Assembly: GCA_020137815.1 (NCBI GenBank)
Contig: CM035354.1
Location: forward strand, 8,184,001 to 8,248,000
DNA from: Hormiphora californensis
Taxonomy: Eukaryota; Animalia; Ctenophora
Reading direction: 5' to 3'
Length of the DNA stretch: 64,000 bases
Made by a program: the position numbers and the translations under genes. Shown here piece after piece: positions 25,466 to 37,754 of this stretch (positions are counted from its first letter, which is position 1; each line of letters starts with the position of its first letter). Below the pieces are notes generated by a model, which saw nothing but the letters and a program-made list of their open reading frames with translations, made no database searches and was not told the DNA's origin.

Positions 25466-27251
25466 TTAGGACTCTGAAAGAAATTTGATGTTGATTATGA
25501 ACATGATTTCAATGTTTGTCTAATGAGCTAGAAAAGAGCAGAATTCCATATTAAGATATTATGTTCAAGTTAACTTACGGACAAAGTCTTTGCCCATTAG
25601 GTTGGGCGAGTCCACAGCGCCCAGATCGAACTTGCCCTCGAACCCAACAGTGACCTTGCTACCAGGTCCAAGTCGTCCATTCCATCCATTGTTCTTGAAC
25701 ACGTACACAGTCTTGAACTCGTTCACACTGTAATGATATACAGGCATTAAACTTTAGTTTTGTGTAATTAGTTACTGAACGTATGTACTGTACACTGTGT
25801 AGGTGCACACTGTACTCTGTTGGCTAACTATAGATAGATTATCCTGTGATTATAGAAGTTATCATTACCTCAGCAGTTTTCCTCCCCAGTACTGGCTGAT
25901 CTCAACCTTTCTGTCAAAGAACAGAGTCAGGTTCCATCCGTTCACCCTATGTCGCACGTGCACAATCGCATTTCCGTTCATGTACCCCTCAGAGGGATAT
26001 GCAATCTTCTGGAAGTCGAACTTGCTGTAGACTCGGTCAGCAGGAGTGGTAGGAGGCATGGTAACAGGGCAATGCTGCACAGGGTCCACCACAATCTATC
26101 CTCTCCTCACCCTGATTCTTAACACCATCCTCACAGGTAGGGGCAGGGGCAGGTTTTACCTCACCACACACCTGTTCAGGCTTCCAATCATTAGTGATAT
26201 CCTTCATCTTGTCCTGGTTCTTGCAGCCCTTTCCGTCAATGCTGACAGCACAGGTGATTCGGGGATCACACTGAACGTTCTTGGGCACTCGGTACATATC
26301 AGCATCAATGTATCTGATGGGAAATTGTGTATTAAATCAGTATCCGCCTTTGAATCATTTCATTATGCCATAAACTCTCGACTCAATCGTTATCTTTTTT
26401 ATCACGTTTTACTCTGTTTCAATATTATAATATTTCCTCCCTACTACTTATCCATGACTGGTTTTCATTCAATGACTTACCCAGGACCGTCCTTGTTGTA
26501 ACAGAATTTGCCAGGTTTGGAGTTCTTGGTATACTCCTTGAGCTCAACTGCGGTTCCCTTCAGGCACTTGGGGGCCACAATGAGCTTGTCTTGGGGACAC
26601 TTCAGACTGGGGTTTCCTCCTGTCACCTATGGAGTGGTGGAGATCAGAACTAGGTGTTCTAATAGATGCTTAGGTCATGGTCCATGTATATTATATTTTC
26701 TCACTGAATAATTCTCGCTAAACATTACTCACAGAAATCCTAGCACAACTGTAGTAGAAGTGAGGGTGGGAGCTCATGGCACTCTTGATCTGTAGAACGT
26801 AGTCTCCATCAGCCAGATTGTGGGGGATCTTGACAGTGGTATCAAATCGTGCATTGTCCTCCTCGTAAGCCTGGTATTCACACCCAGGTCGGGCATTACA
26901 GGGATGCTTGCAGTCACCGTACACTGTACCACCTGGTCGCTGATCGTGCCCGTAACAGGAAACCTTCATAACATTGTCATCAAAAGCCTTGTGGGTCTTG
27001 TGTTGACCGTAGGGAGCCAGAGCGATCCTAACCCACCCACCAGCGTGGTTGTTGCTAGTCCATCCCACCTTCATCCTGTCTCCAGCCTTGTACTCATTGG
27101 GATACTTCACTCCGTGCCATACGTTCTCAGTCTCACAAGGTCCTGTGGTATCAGCGGGTCGGCCTGGGTCCACATCAAACGACCAAGGACAACTCATCCA
27201 GGTGTGAGCAAAGGAAGCTCCGAAGAGCGCAGCTAGGAGGAACAACTTCAT
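25466..27251 (-). CDS. Secreted LPMO-like copper protein with Cys-rich linker and C-terminal CBM2-like domain (5 exons; one frameshift near 26075)
   Basis: Exons 27251-26733, 26626-26481, 26313-25869, 25727-25579, 25473-25466 (last exon uncertain). Signal peptide ...GASFA|H leaves His1. Second His in WTSNNHAGG; GDYVLQ and YYSCA follow. TCEDGVKNQGEERIDCGGPC linker. CBM2 pattern GWNLTL..ISQYW..NNGWNGRLGPGSKVTVGFEG. Confidence 0.8.
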
Positions 27252-27563
27252 TTTGTAAATAATGAAAGGCGAGGTGCTCGGAAAGGTGGTTTAAATCGAG
27301 AAAGAAAATCGTGTTAGCACTTTACCACACCAGGTGGGGGGACAATGGGATTAAGTTGGGGCACTTTCTTTGTGACACGCTGCTAAAATCTAGTTTATCC
27401 AGCTCTGTACTGACTGACGTGCTGTCAAGTGTCATTGACGTAAAACGAGACGTTTGTAGTTCACGAACGTGTCCTTTTCTCTTAACATTACTAACTCCTA
27501 TTCTAGCCACTATGATTCTCCCCTTCTAATATAGCCCTAACTCCTTCTCTCCTTTTAGCCACT

Positions 27564-30500
27564 ATGATTCTCCCCTCTGAGAATGTGGTGACGCAATTCA
27601 CTACTGAAATCCTCCCAGATCACCTCGTCTCTCCTCCCTCAACAGTTCCACCCGACCCTATTGATCGGCTAAACTGCAACTACACAAACCTCTCCGAGCG
27701 ATTCAAATTACGGAATAAGAGCTTCAAGAGACAGTTTGCACCCCTCTACTCTGCCAGATTGAACAACATGAGGCCCATGTTAGAATCAGTAGCTAGGTCC
27801 AAGTGGATGGATGTCCCCCAGGTCCAGATGAACGACCTACAGCAGGGAAAGAAGTGTGTTATAGTGGGCACTATCTTCAAACAAATGCAGCTGAAACCAA
27901 ATATTCTGCGGGAATTGAGTGAAAATGTAAACCTACCTACCAAACCAGGTGTGTGTGTGAACTCAGTCATCACTTTTTAGTCAACTTAGACTCTTCAGAA
28001 TAACGCGGCTTCCTAGTATAAACAATACAACATGTTATCCCCCACTACTCTCACCTAACCTTTAGTTCCTCCTAATCTCTCACTACCCCCAACTAACCTC
28101 CATACTTCCCTCCAGAGCGAAAGCGGTACACCCACCAGACGGACGTGGTATACCTGGAGGATGAGACCCAGAGGATAAGTCTGATTGGGGGTATCACTAC
28201 TAGTGATGCCATTACTGGTACCATCATATGTGCTATGGGACAGGAGACTGCAGGGGGCAAGTTTGAGGTGGAAGAGTGGTCGTATTGTGGACTACCTGCC
28301 CAGCTTAATGCCCAGATCTCAGGGCCAATTGATGATGATAGGTAATAATGTTTACCTGTTGTGACTGAAAGAAGAACTATACTTCGTTTGGTAATTTTTC
28401 CAAGGAATCAAGTTAACTAAAACTCACGAACCCCCACCCCCTCTCCCCCAGGTATGTGGCCATTATATCAGGCATATCGCTGGGCCACCCCTCCTTCGAC
28501 CCCATGCCTCTCCAACTATTTGTGGATCTGATCACGGGTCAACTTGGCTCCCTCAAGGACCAATCATTTTACTCAAAAGTAGTGAGATTGATAATAGCGG
28601 GAGACTCGCTCAGCAAGAACACTCGAGACAGTGCTAGTGCGAAACAGGCCAAGTATCTGAGTAACAAGGTGAAGGCAGCCAGTATCTCAGCCGCACAGGA
28701 ACTAGATGATATCCTAACTCAGTTAGTTAGTTGTGTGAATGTGGATGTAATGCCAGGACAGTTTGATCCCGCATCCTTCTCGTTACCCCAGCAACCCCTT
28801 CACAGATGTATCTTCCCTCAGGTGAGATTTAGCTGTTTTTTTGTTGAAAATTCGTTAAAGTAAGAGTGGCGCGCCGTGTTTTCTCACAAAACTTAGTGGA
28901 TGAACGGGGAGTACCACCAGGACCATTGGTACGGTATCGAAAATTTCCAATTCTGTCTCGTTCATTAGTTATGACGTAATATGTTCATTATTTCAACTTT
29001 TATAAAATTGCTCTACAGAAAAATCTGTACATTGTGGATTGAAATGGATGCTTGCATCGTGTTCAGCGTCAAAAAATAGCCGGGGTACCAAATTTTGGTG
29101 TCTCTACCTTGTCTGTGACGCGAGATATCGACAATTATCAAAAACGACCAAAATGGGTGAGAGAGATTGTAGTTAGAGGAAATTAGCTAAATAAGGGCCG
29201 AAACTAGGGAAAAATTTGTAACAAGCTAATTCCTTCACCAATTGGTCCCTATGGGTCCCTAGAATCACCAAAAAAAATCACAAAAAATCCGCGATGGCTA
29301 AGTTGGGTTTTTGGACCACGCCCTTTTACCTGTATTTTCAGTCATGTGGTCAAAAATCTAAATTCTCTTAGAATAGGAGTAGAGAAGAAAATAAGGGCAC
29401 TAAACTGTGTAGCGTCCTCGCATTAGTGGGGGTAGACGCCCATGAAAAGTCTCTATCTCATTTGGTTAATTAGATAATTGGATAATTAGATCTGCGCATA
29501 GCCGTTTTTGGCCATACGGCTATAGCCACTTAGGAATGGTTTAGAGACTTTTCACTGGCGCCATTTTGTAGACAATGGCCAAGTTATGGGGGGTCGATGT
29601 CGGACTTTTAAGCTCTATCTCCAACCGTTTAGCCGATATTTGGCTTCAAAGGTGCTCAAAATGAGCAAAAAACGGTAAAAAGCCCAATTTTGAGCACCTT
29701 TGAAGCCAAATATCGGCTAAACGGTTGGAGATAGAGCTTAAAAGTCCGACATCGACCCCCCATAACTTGGCCACTGTCTACAAAATGGCGCCAGTGAAAA
29801 GTCTCTAAACCATTCCTAAGTGGCTATAGCCGTATGGCCAAAAACGGCTATGCGCAGATCTAATTATCCAATTATCTAATTAACCAAATGAGATAGAGAC
29901 TTTTCATGGGCGTCTACCCCCACTAATGCGAGGACGCTACACAGTTTAGTGCCCTTATTTTCTTCTCTACTCCTATTCTAAGAGAATTTAGATTTTTGAC
30001 CACATGACTGAAAATACAGGTAAAAGGGCGTGGTCCAAAAACCCAACTTAGCCATCGCGGATTTTTTGTGATTTTTTTTGGTGATTCTAGGGACCCATAG
30101 GGACCAATTGGTGAAGGAATTAGCTTGTTACAAATTTTTCCCTAGTTTCGGCCCTTATTTAGCTAATTTCCTCTAACTACAATCTCTCTCACCCATTTTG
30201 GTCGTTTTTGATAATTGTCGATATCTCGCGTCACAGACAAGGTAGAGACACCAAAATTTGGTACCCCGGCTATTTTTTGACGCTGAACACGATGCAAGCA
30301 TCCATTTCAATCCACAATGTACAGATTTTTCTGTAGAGCAATTTTATAAAAGTTGAAATAATGAACATATTACGTCATAACTAATGAACGCGACAGAATT
30401 GGAAATTTTCGATACCGTACCAATGGTCCTGGTGGTACTCCCCGTTCATCCACTAAGTTTTGTGAGAAAACACGGCGCGCCACTCTTACTTTAAAGAAGA

Positions 30501-33500
30501 CAATTCATAAAATATAAACTTTAATTTAGTTTTATACAGAAGGTTTAACAGACTTATATAACAAGTTTATTATACAATTATGATAAAGATGATAAGGATT
30601 CTCTAATAGAGATTCTGAGATTGCTATCAACGTCTTTTTCATCTTGACTCTGTGGACTTGATGTTTCGGGACTAGGAGTGATATCTTTAGTGATAGGGTT
30701 TTCAACAAAGGTCACCCTTTTTTGTCTTATTACCCGGCTGTTTCGGCAATGCTTCGTTAATCGCTTTCCCAACGCCACACTTAGCCCCAGTTTATTGGTT
30801 CTGGTGTCCTTGATGGCCACATACACATACTCGCCCAACAGGCAGATGAGAGCTGCAGCAATGCCCATCGGAATGATCCAAAACACCCCAGACAAACTTG
30901 AGAAGTACATAGTGAGAGAGTTACCAGCATTACACGGCTTACTCGTTTTCTGGTTCTCATATTTTTGATACAGCTCCGTTATAGTGCCCTTCTCCCTGAT
31001 TCCTAGTAGAAAAGTGTCCACGAGGTTTTTAAACGGGGAATTCTTACGTAGTCCATAGGCCAGCTCAAACGGTTGAAAAGGTTCCCCAATTTGTACAATA
31101 TCGCACTCAGCCCTTCGTTGCATAACTGATTCCTGGAAACTCATCAATGAACACAAACCCTCCAGCCCTCATTCTCTCCAATCCTTCACCTGTAACTCTC
31201 AACTTTAATTGCCTCGGACTGCAATTCTGTTGTAGTCTGGGTTCTGATTGGACCTCAGAAGTAACTCTGGGTTCCTGCTATCCACCACTCCCCACTCGTA
31301 TTTATCCTGACTGAGCAGCTCCAGGGGGTGGTTTAGATCGGAGATGGAGTAGCTGATGGTGAGGAAGGCAGTCATATTGGCTGTATACATGGTGATGATG
31401 AGGAGAATGAAAAACCACCAAGTAAATATCATGATCCTGCCAGCAGGGGACTTAGGGAGCATCTCCCCTGTCTGTCCGACCAATCCAGCACTAATCAACC
31501 ACAACGACTCCCGGATATCTAGCCCATTGTTCTTCTCCTCTAGCCTCTCTATTCTGCAGTCTGACTCCTTCCCTCCTCCTTCACACTCCTCACACTTGCA
31601 TGTGTTCTGTGCGTATAGACGGCTTCCGTTAACTCCGTATGGGGAGAGCTTACTAAAGATGTAGGTCATAGAGGTAACAAGAGCACATCCCACGATAATC
31701 GCACCCCAGACAGTCGAATCAAAGGGACGAAGGAAGAAAAACATATCCCTCCCTTCAGAGTCACTTTTTACTAGGGCTCCAAGGCCACCATCCATAATGG
31801 GGAAAGAAAAGTCAATATCCGCCTTTCTGACGGCGTTGTTTGACAGAGCGACTACGATCATATCTGTCTTATTATCCAGCAAGTCCCTGATCAGCCCGTT
31901 CCATTCCCCTGTTGTAGTGTTCTTCCCGCCAAATTTCATGTCGTCAGGCATGATAAAGTTGTAGGTGAAATTGAGCTCCTGCGACATACTGGACACAATT
32001 TCAACATTGACACCGGTATAACAGGAGGGATCAGTGATATCTTCACAACCTGATGAAGGCTCACTGATAAAGGGCATCTCAGGGATTATACCTAGCCGCA
32101 AATGCATCCCATTTAGCTCATTAGCAATACCCGCTGGTTGAGTGCTCTTGTTTCCCAGGAACTTTACACTAGATGTCATTTCAAGACCAGTCTTTAGATG
32201 CCAGGCCCCTACCGGTACAAATGTCTTCCCTACGAAGTTAACAATGTCATATGATATATCTTCCACCTCACCCTCCTTAGTAAATGCTATCTGCCCCGTT
32301 ATCCCATCGTGTTCAGTGGATGTGAGGGCATCCAAAACATCGTCACCACTCGACCACTGACCCTTAGAGGAATCACATACGAGGTCCTGGTCCGCTAACG
32401 TTAACCCTGTCAGTGCTTTGTCGATAAACTTTAGACCATCATATGTGAGAAGGTTATAATCTGTCAGATGGTCGTCAGAGTGAGGGACTGATTTCACATA
32501 CTCATCCTTAAAGTCATCGTACATTGCAGATCGACTTATCTTAGGTCGGATTCCAATCAGTCCCTCGTAGTAACTCATATAGGAGCCGTTGTAGGCCAAG
32601 GTACCCACATTAGCAGCCACTGCGTCAGAAACAATCCAGGCAAACTCTTGTTCCAATAGGCCCACAGATTTAGCCTGTTCCAGGATTACCCTAATGTGCT
32701 TGCTGCTCCCAAAGTAGATGATGACCCGATCTAGTGAGTTCCACAGAGTATCCAGCTGGTCTCCGACATCAGGTGTGTCATTGTATGTGTCAAATATTAG
32801 GATGTTCTTCACCTCAAAGTTACCGTCCGTCAAGAACCGGGTTTGTAGGTCTACAATGGCATTGATCCCATACTCATCATTAGAGGATAAGATACTAACT
32901 TCAGACCACTTGTAGTACCTGAGGAGGTCTATTATGGCTGCAGTCTGGTACTTATCGCTGGGTACCATGGTAACCAAACTAGTAGTCTTCCTCCGCAACT
33001 GGGAGCTACTAGCTGACACAGTCATAACTGGGATATGAAATATTCCAAAGTATCCCGAGTACATGATAGCATCATCTGAGGGCCCTCTATGTAATACCAC
33101 TGCTACCCCTGACTCCAACATACTGCATGCTGTATTGCTCATGTTCCTCAGCTCATCATCATATGTCATCCACACCACCTCAGTGGTCATGTTAGCCACA
33201 CTGATGATATTCTCCATGATCTCATTCTGCCGGGCCTCATCCACCGAGAGAAACCCTATCTTGGTCGTAGAGGCTGATACTAGGAGTAGTAGGACGAGAA
33301 GCATTGCTATAGGAAAACGGTATTAAACAGTACTAATGGACAGACTAGGTTCATGCACAACAACACTATACCTAATCTCCCATAATATGGCGACATTCAC
33401 AGAGCAGACAGCAATAATGGGTGTGTTAAAATACTGTACGTGTAAGAACGAATATGTAAGCAGATCAGATGTGACACTACACTCCTGGGAAGAATTGGTA

Positions 33501-35460
33501 AATAGACAAACACTGCATCTTAAAACAAACATTGAAAGTATATGTGCGTCGAGCACTGAATTCATGTGCAGTGAACTGTGAAAGAAATACAATAAATACA
33601 ATAATAGTGAAGGTCGAAGGAATGTCGGTTAGGGGAAATCGAGTAGATAAGTAAGAAGTGTGGTTGAGAAAGTGATTCTGAATTAGCGGTGAACAGATCT
33701 AATTGCTTTCAGTTTATTGGTTGCTGCATGCTCCTAACTATAGTATTAGTGATAGTATGTGTGGCGAACTTTCCTTGCTCGACCCTCGATTCTCTCTCCC
33801 AAATGTAAAGGAGGGGTAGAACGGTGAACGGTGAAAGTATTTGCGGTTAACAAAGTATGTGGTTCGAGGGAAATTGAGTAGAAAGAGGTGTGGTCCAGAA
33901 AAGATACTGAAATAGCGGTGAACAGATCTTCACTAATTGTTTTGTGTTTTGGCGTCTATAGCATTGTGCTTCCCAGTTAAAAGCAAGACAGGAAGCTCTC
34001 TCATTAAAAGCAGCTATACTGGCGGGTGTTAGGTTGCGAAAGTCCAGTTTGCCCCAAGATCTAAAACACACGAGGAGCACCTCAAATGTCATTGTGCGGA
34101 TCCCAGAACAAAGTTAAGAATGTATACGCATGTATCAAGTCAACGTGTGAACAACGTGTCTAAATATGAGCTAGGGCACATGGGAAACTACAAGGAATTG
34201 TCGTATTAGAGAGCTGAAGGAATTAGAGGGCTCTAGAGAGTTTCTATAATTCAGGGATTCACATTCAGGGATTACAAAAAGGAAGAATTCTCTCATTGTC
34301 ACCATCAGGATACAGTAATCAGGACATTAGACAGTCTGAACAAGTCGATTTCGGCAACCGGGAAGTTGAGGTTAGATGATTATATAAAGAATAATCCGAC
34401 ACCATCTTTATTGTTAGAACTGTACATTTCTTTAAACGGGAGAAAGCAATTAGAGCAACGCCGTCCTAGGATACAGATCTACAAGACCTACTAGATCTGC
34501 CGAACAGGAAGTGAGACAGGACAGAAGACAGAAGTGGGGCAAGAAAGAACAAAACAGTTCTAGATATAATAAATGTGAGAACAAAAATAGTCTCCACACT
34601 TAGGCAGAGAGCACATTAATTTGATCTATTGGTACATGCAGTACGGCTTGTCGTAAATCACTTTTGATCAGGCGAAAACGCATTTCATTACTATTCATGA
34701 GCATAATGAGGTTGGAGGGGGCACTAATAATTACTATCATGTTCTACTAGACCTGTAATTATCATCTGTTTCAGGCGGCACAATACACATCATTCCAAAG
34801 TGTAACTAACCCCTACGAAGCGGATCTGGATGGGATAACTTTCCTGGGTACTTCCGGACAGAACATCCAAAACATCCGCCAATACACCCGCCTAAACAGT
34901 GGGGCAGATATAGCAGAGATAACACTACAAAGCAGACACATAGCCCCCACCTGCCCTGACACCCTGGGGTGTTACCCCTATATTGATGAGGACCCCTTCA
35001 TTCTGCGAGACTGTCCACATGTGTATTTCTGTGGAAATCAAAAGAGATTTGAAACTAAGTTAGTGGAAGGAGATCAGGGGCAGAAGACACTGGTGGTGTG
35101 CGTACCAAAGTTCTTCGATAGTCACCAGGTAAGGCATTGGCTAGTAAGAAATAAGTGCAACTAAGAGCAATTAATTATTAAAACTAATCGTTCCTCAAAG
35201 TGACCGAAATTGTTGCCTAACTCTGGACTCTCCTATCCTCTCACTTCTCATCCTCTCTCTCCCACTAGGTGGTGCTAGTGAATCTCAAGGATCTATCCTG
35301 TTTCCCTGTCTCCTTCGCCACCCTGCTGACTCCCTCCACGGGGGAGGCGGGTAAGACTCACCTTGATTACACTCCTGAGGAAGACAGTGGTGGAGAGGAG
35401 GATGGAGAGGAGCTACCTGATGTGAATGTGACACCTGATGCAGACGATGATATGGAATAG
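27564..35460 (+). CDS. POLD2: DNA polymerase delta subunit 2 (5 exons; 5.95-kb intron 3 hosts other elements)
   Basis: Exons 27564-27948, 28116-28341, 28452-28821, 34775-35128, 35269-35460 are in phase. RQFAPLYSARL, LEDETQRI, MPGQFDP..LPQQPLH, VTNPY, LGTSGQN, HIAPTCPDTLGCYP, CPHVYFCGNQ. Confidence 0.96.
28859..30490. mobile_element. 1632-bp fold-back (palindromic) DNA element with TTAA flanks, Kolobok-type AG...CT termini
   Basis: Arms 28859-29662 and 29687-30490 (804 bp each, about 2 mismatches seen), 24-bp spacer, TTAA at 28855-28858 and 30491-30494. Confidence 0.88.
30578..33304 (-). CDS. Ionotropic glutamate receptor-family subunit, ctenophore (Epsilon-like) type; intronless, nested antisense in POLD2 intron 3; indels at 31110-31220
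   Basis: Signal peptide and ATD. S1 LRLGIIPEMPF..GCEDITDPSCYTG..WNGLIRDL..RKADIDFSFP. M1, pore GLVGQTG, M3 MYTANMTAFLT. S2 WGVVDSRNPE..FVFIDE..CDIVQIGEPF, then M4 GVFWII. Confidence 0.93.
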
Positions 35461-35840
35461 TGGAGTAGGGTACAGATGGAATAGTACAGATGGAATAGTA
35501 CAGGTTACTATTTATATAGAGACGGGTTTAGGGTGAAACTAGAAACCAGGTGCGGCTTTGTGACGAGTGATGGATATTATGGTAGACGCGGCAGAAGAGA
35601 CAGTTTTGATATTATCAATTATTTTATTGAAGTTTTTATCGATTTTTAATTCACCTCCCTCATCCATCTAAGATGCTATAGCGATGACTGATATATTATT
35701 TGATATTTCCCTATTTTGTATTTGAACGTGTGCTTTTCACTGCACTACCGGTACAGCCCTGATTTTAAATCACCCAATGGCCCACCCCTCCCTAGTTGTA
35801 AGTAACTATAGTCCCCCTTCTAACCTGAATACACCATTAG

Positions 35841-36230
35841 ATGTCTACCACAATGCCTGGCATCTCCAGTGAAGACAAGCTGGAGTACGCAGAGTTGTTA
35901 CAGAAGAAGCAGGAACTAGAGGACAGTCTAGTGAACCTAGAGAGGCAGATATACCTGTTTGAGGGTAGCTACCTTGAAGACACCTCTAGTTATGGGAACA
36001 TTATCAGGGGTTGGGACGGGTACCTTAGCAACAAGAACTCTAACAAGGGTGGAAGGGATAGGAAGTTCAAAGAGTCAGACAGGTTGTTCAGTAGGAGTTC
36101 TGTGACGTCAGCAGCATCCCTTAGTAACCACGGTAACAACTCCGCAACTGTGGCTGACAGTGATGACGAGAGGTTTCAGAAGAAAAAGAAGTTGAAATTG
36201 AAGAAAAAGGATAGCTCAAATCCTTACTGA
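35841..36230 (+). CDS. MEAF6: Chromatin modification-related protein EAF6 (NuA4/MYST subunit), intronless
   Basis: [36 protein letters not shown]. Confidence 0.95.
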   Translation: MSTTMPGISSEDKLEYAELLQKKQELEDSLVNLERQIYLFEGSYLEDTSSYGNIIRGWDGYLSNKNSNKGGRDRKFKESDRLFSRSSVTSAASLSNHGNNSATVADSDDERFQKKKKLKLKKKDSSNPY

Positions 36231-36536
36231 TATCAGAAACCAGATCAAGAACTGTCAGAGAATATTGCGAGTGAAAGTTGTTACCGAAAGTGTTTTACCA
36301 ATTAATTTATATAATAAATCTACCATCATTCCATTAACTTTATGTTATACATGTACATCAGAAGAACGAATTACTTGCAGATGTTTGTTATTTTACCAAT
36401 CACCCCTCCCATCGCCGGTTTTCTCGACAATCAGCAAGCCTTCCCCGATTATACTATGTACTTTGTATAGTGTTGTTTTTACTACCAATACATTCCCAAT
36501 CTATCTCATCACTTTGCTCCACCAATAGGTACAGCT

Positions 36537-37443
36537 ATGATCCAGTACATGTTACTATTCAGCCGGCAGGGGAAGCTCCGTCTTCAGAAGTGGTACAATC
36601 CCATCGCCCAGAGAGAGAAGAGGAGAACTACGAGGGAGCTTATTACACTGATACTCTCTCGTAAACCTAAAATGTGCTCTTTTCTGGAGTATAGAGACCA
36701 GAAGGTAGTTACACCTGTTTACGGCTGTGTCACCTCCTACAGCCGGGTTCAGCTGCATGTTTGTGTGTGCGTGTGAAATGCAACTAATTTTAGTGCACAG
36801 TACACAATTTCAACTGCTTCACTGTCATGTGTGCCGGTAGTATTACTAAAATACTCCCCCCAGATTGTGTATAAGAGGTATGCCAGTCTGTTCTTCTGTG
36901 TGGCTATAGAACCTAACGATAATGAACTACTAACTCTGGAGATTATCCACAGGTAATGTCTTATACTAAAACTCTTCAAAATTCTTTTAGTCATGTAGTA
37001 TCTTTTATTTTGCTGGGATTTTGCTTGATTGTCTGAACTAGCTTTGAACATCTGATCCCCAGGTATGTGGAACTACTTGACAAGTATTTTGGAAGTGTGT
37101 GTGAGTTGGATATCATCTTCAACTTCGAAAAGGCATACTTTGTTCTGGATGAACTCCTGGTGGCTGGAGAAATGCAGGTAAATGGGGCAGGGAAATGTAA
37201 CACATCATGATAAAGGAGAATAATCTAGCTGCTCCTTATCATTTCTATATTCATTAATCATTTATTTCGGCTTCTAATCTCGAGTTATAATCTGGTATTA
37301 CCCCCTCTCAGGAGACGAGTAAAAAGAGTGTGTTGAAGGCTATAGCTGCACAGGATATGTTACAAGACGAGACGGAGAGCAAGACAGGGCTGGATGAAAT
37401 GGCTGACAAAAAGAAGTTGGGACTAGCCGGGGGACTGCCATAG
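36537..37443 (+). CDS. AP1S: AP-1 complex sigma subunit (4 exons)
   Basis: Exons 36537-36704, 36864-36952, 37063-37177, 37312-37443. [63 protein letters not shown]. Confidence 0.96.
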
Positions 37444-37754
37444 AGACACTATAATGGGAGAAAGAGAAAGAGAGAGACATTATGGGAGGTTGTGTCATGT
37501 ACACCAGGCCCCTTTCAGCGGGAAGGGTCTGGTGATGACAAGATGTGTTTTGGGAGGATAATGGGTTGCTGCTGGTCAGGATCTGTGTATAGAGCGGGAT
37601 ATTGTGTGTTTATCTATTGATTGTCTGTGTGTGTGTGGTGTTTAACTTCTGCTGCAATGTATTTCACCTTGAACTTTAAACCCCTCAAAACAAAGTAGTC
37701 ATAATTTATCCAGATAGTATCTCCCTATAATGCTCCTCCACCCTATAGCGTGCC

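Noticed and set aside
9505-27251. Bacterial contamination as the source of the PhlG-like and LPMO/CBM2 genes
   Set aside because: Both have multiple phase-consistent spliceosomal introns and are interleaved with animal genes.
33610-33950. Degenerate ~100-bp direct repeat upstream of the iGluR (..AGCGGTGAACAGATCT..)
   Set aside because: Real but old local duplication with no supportable function.
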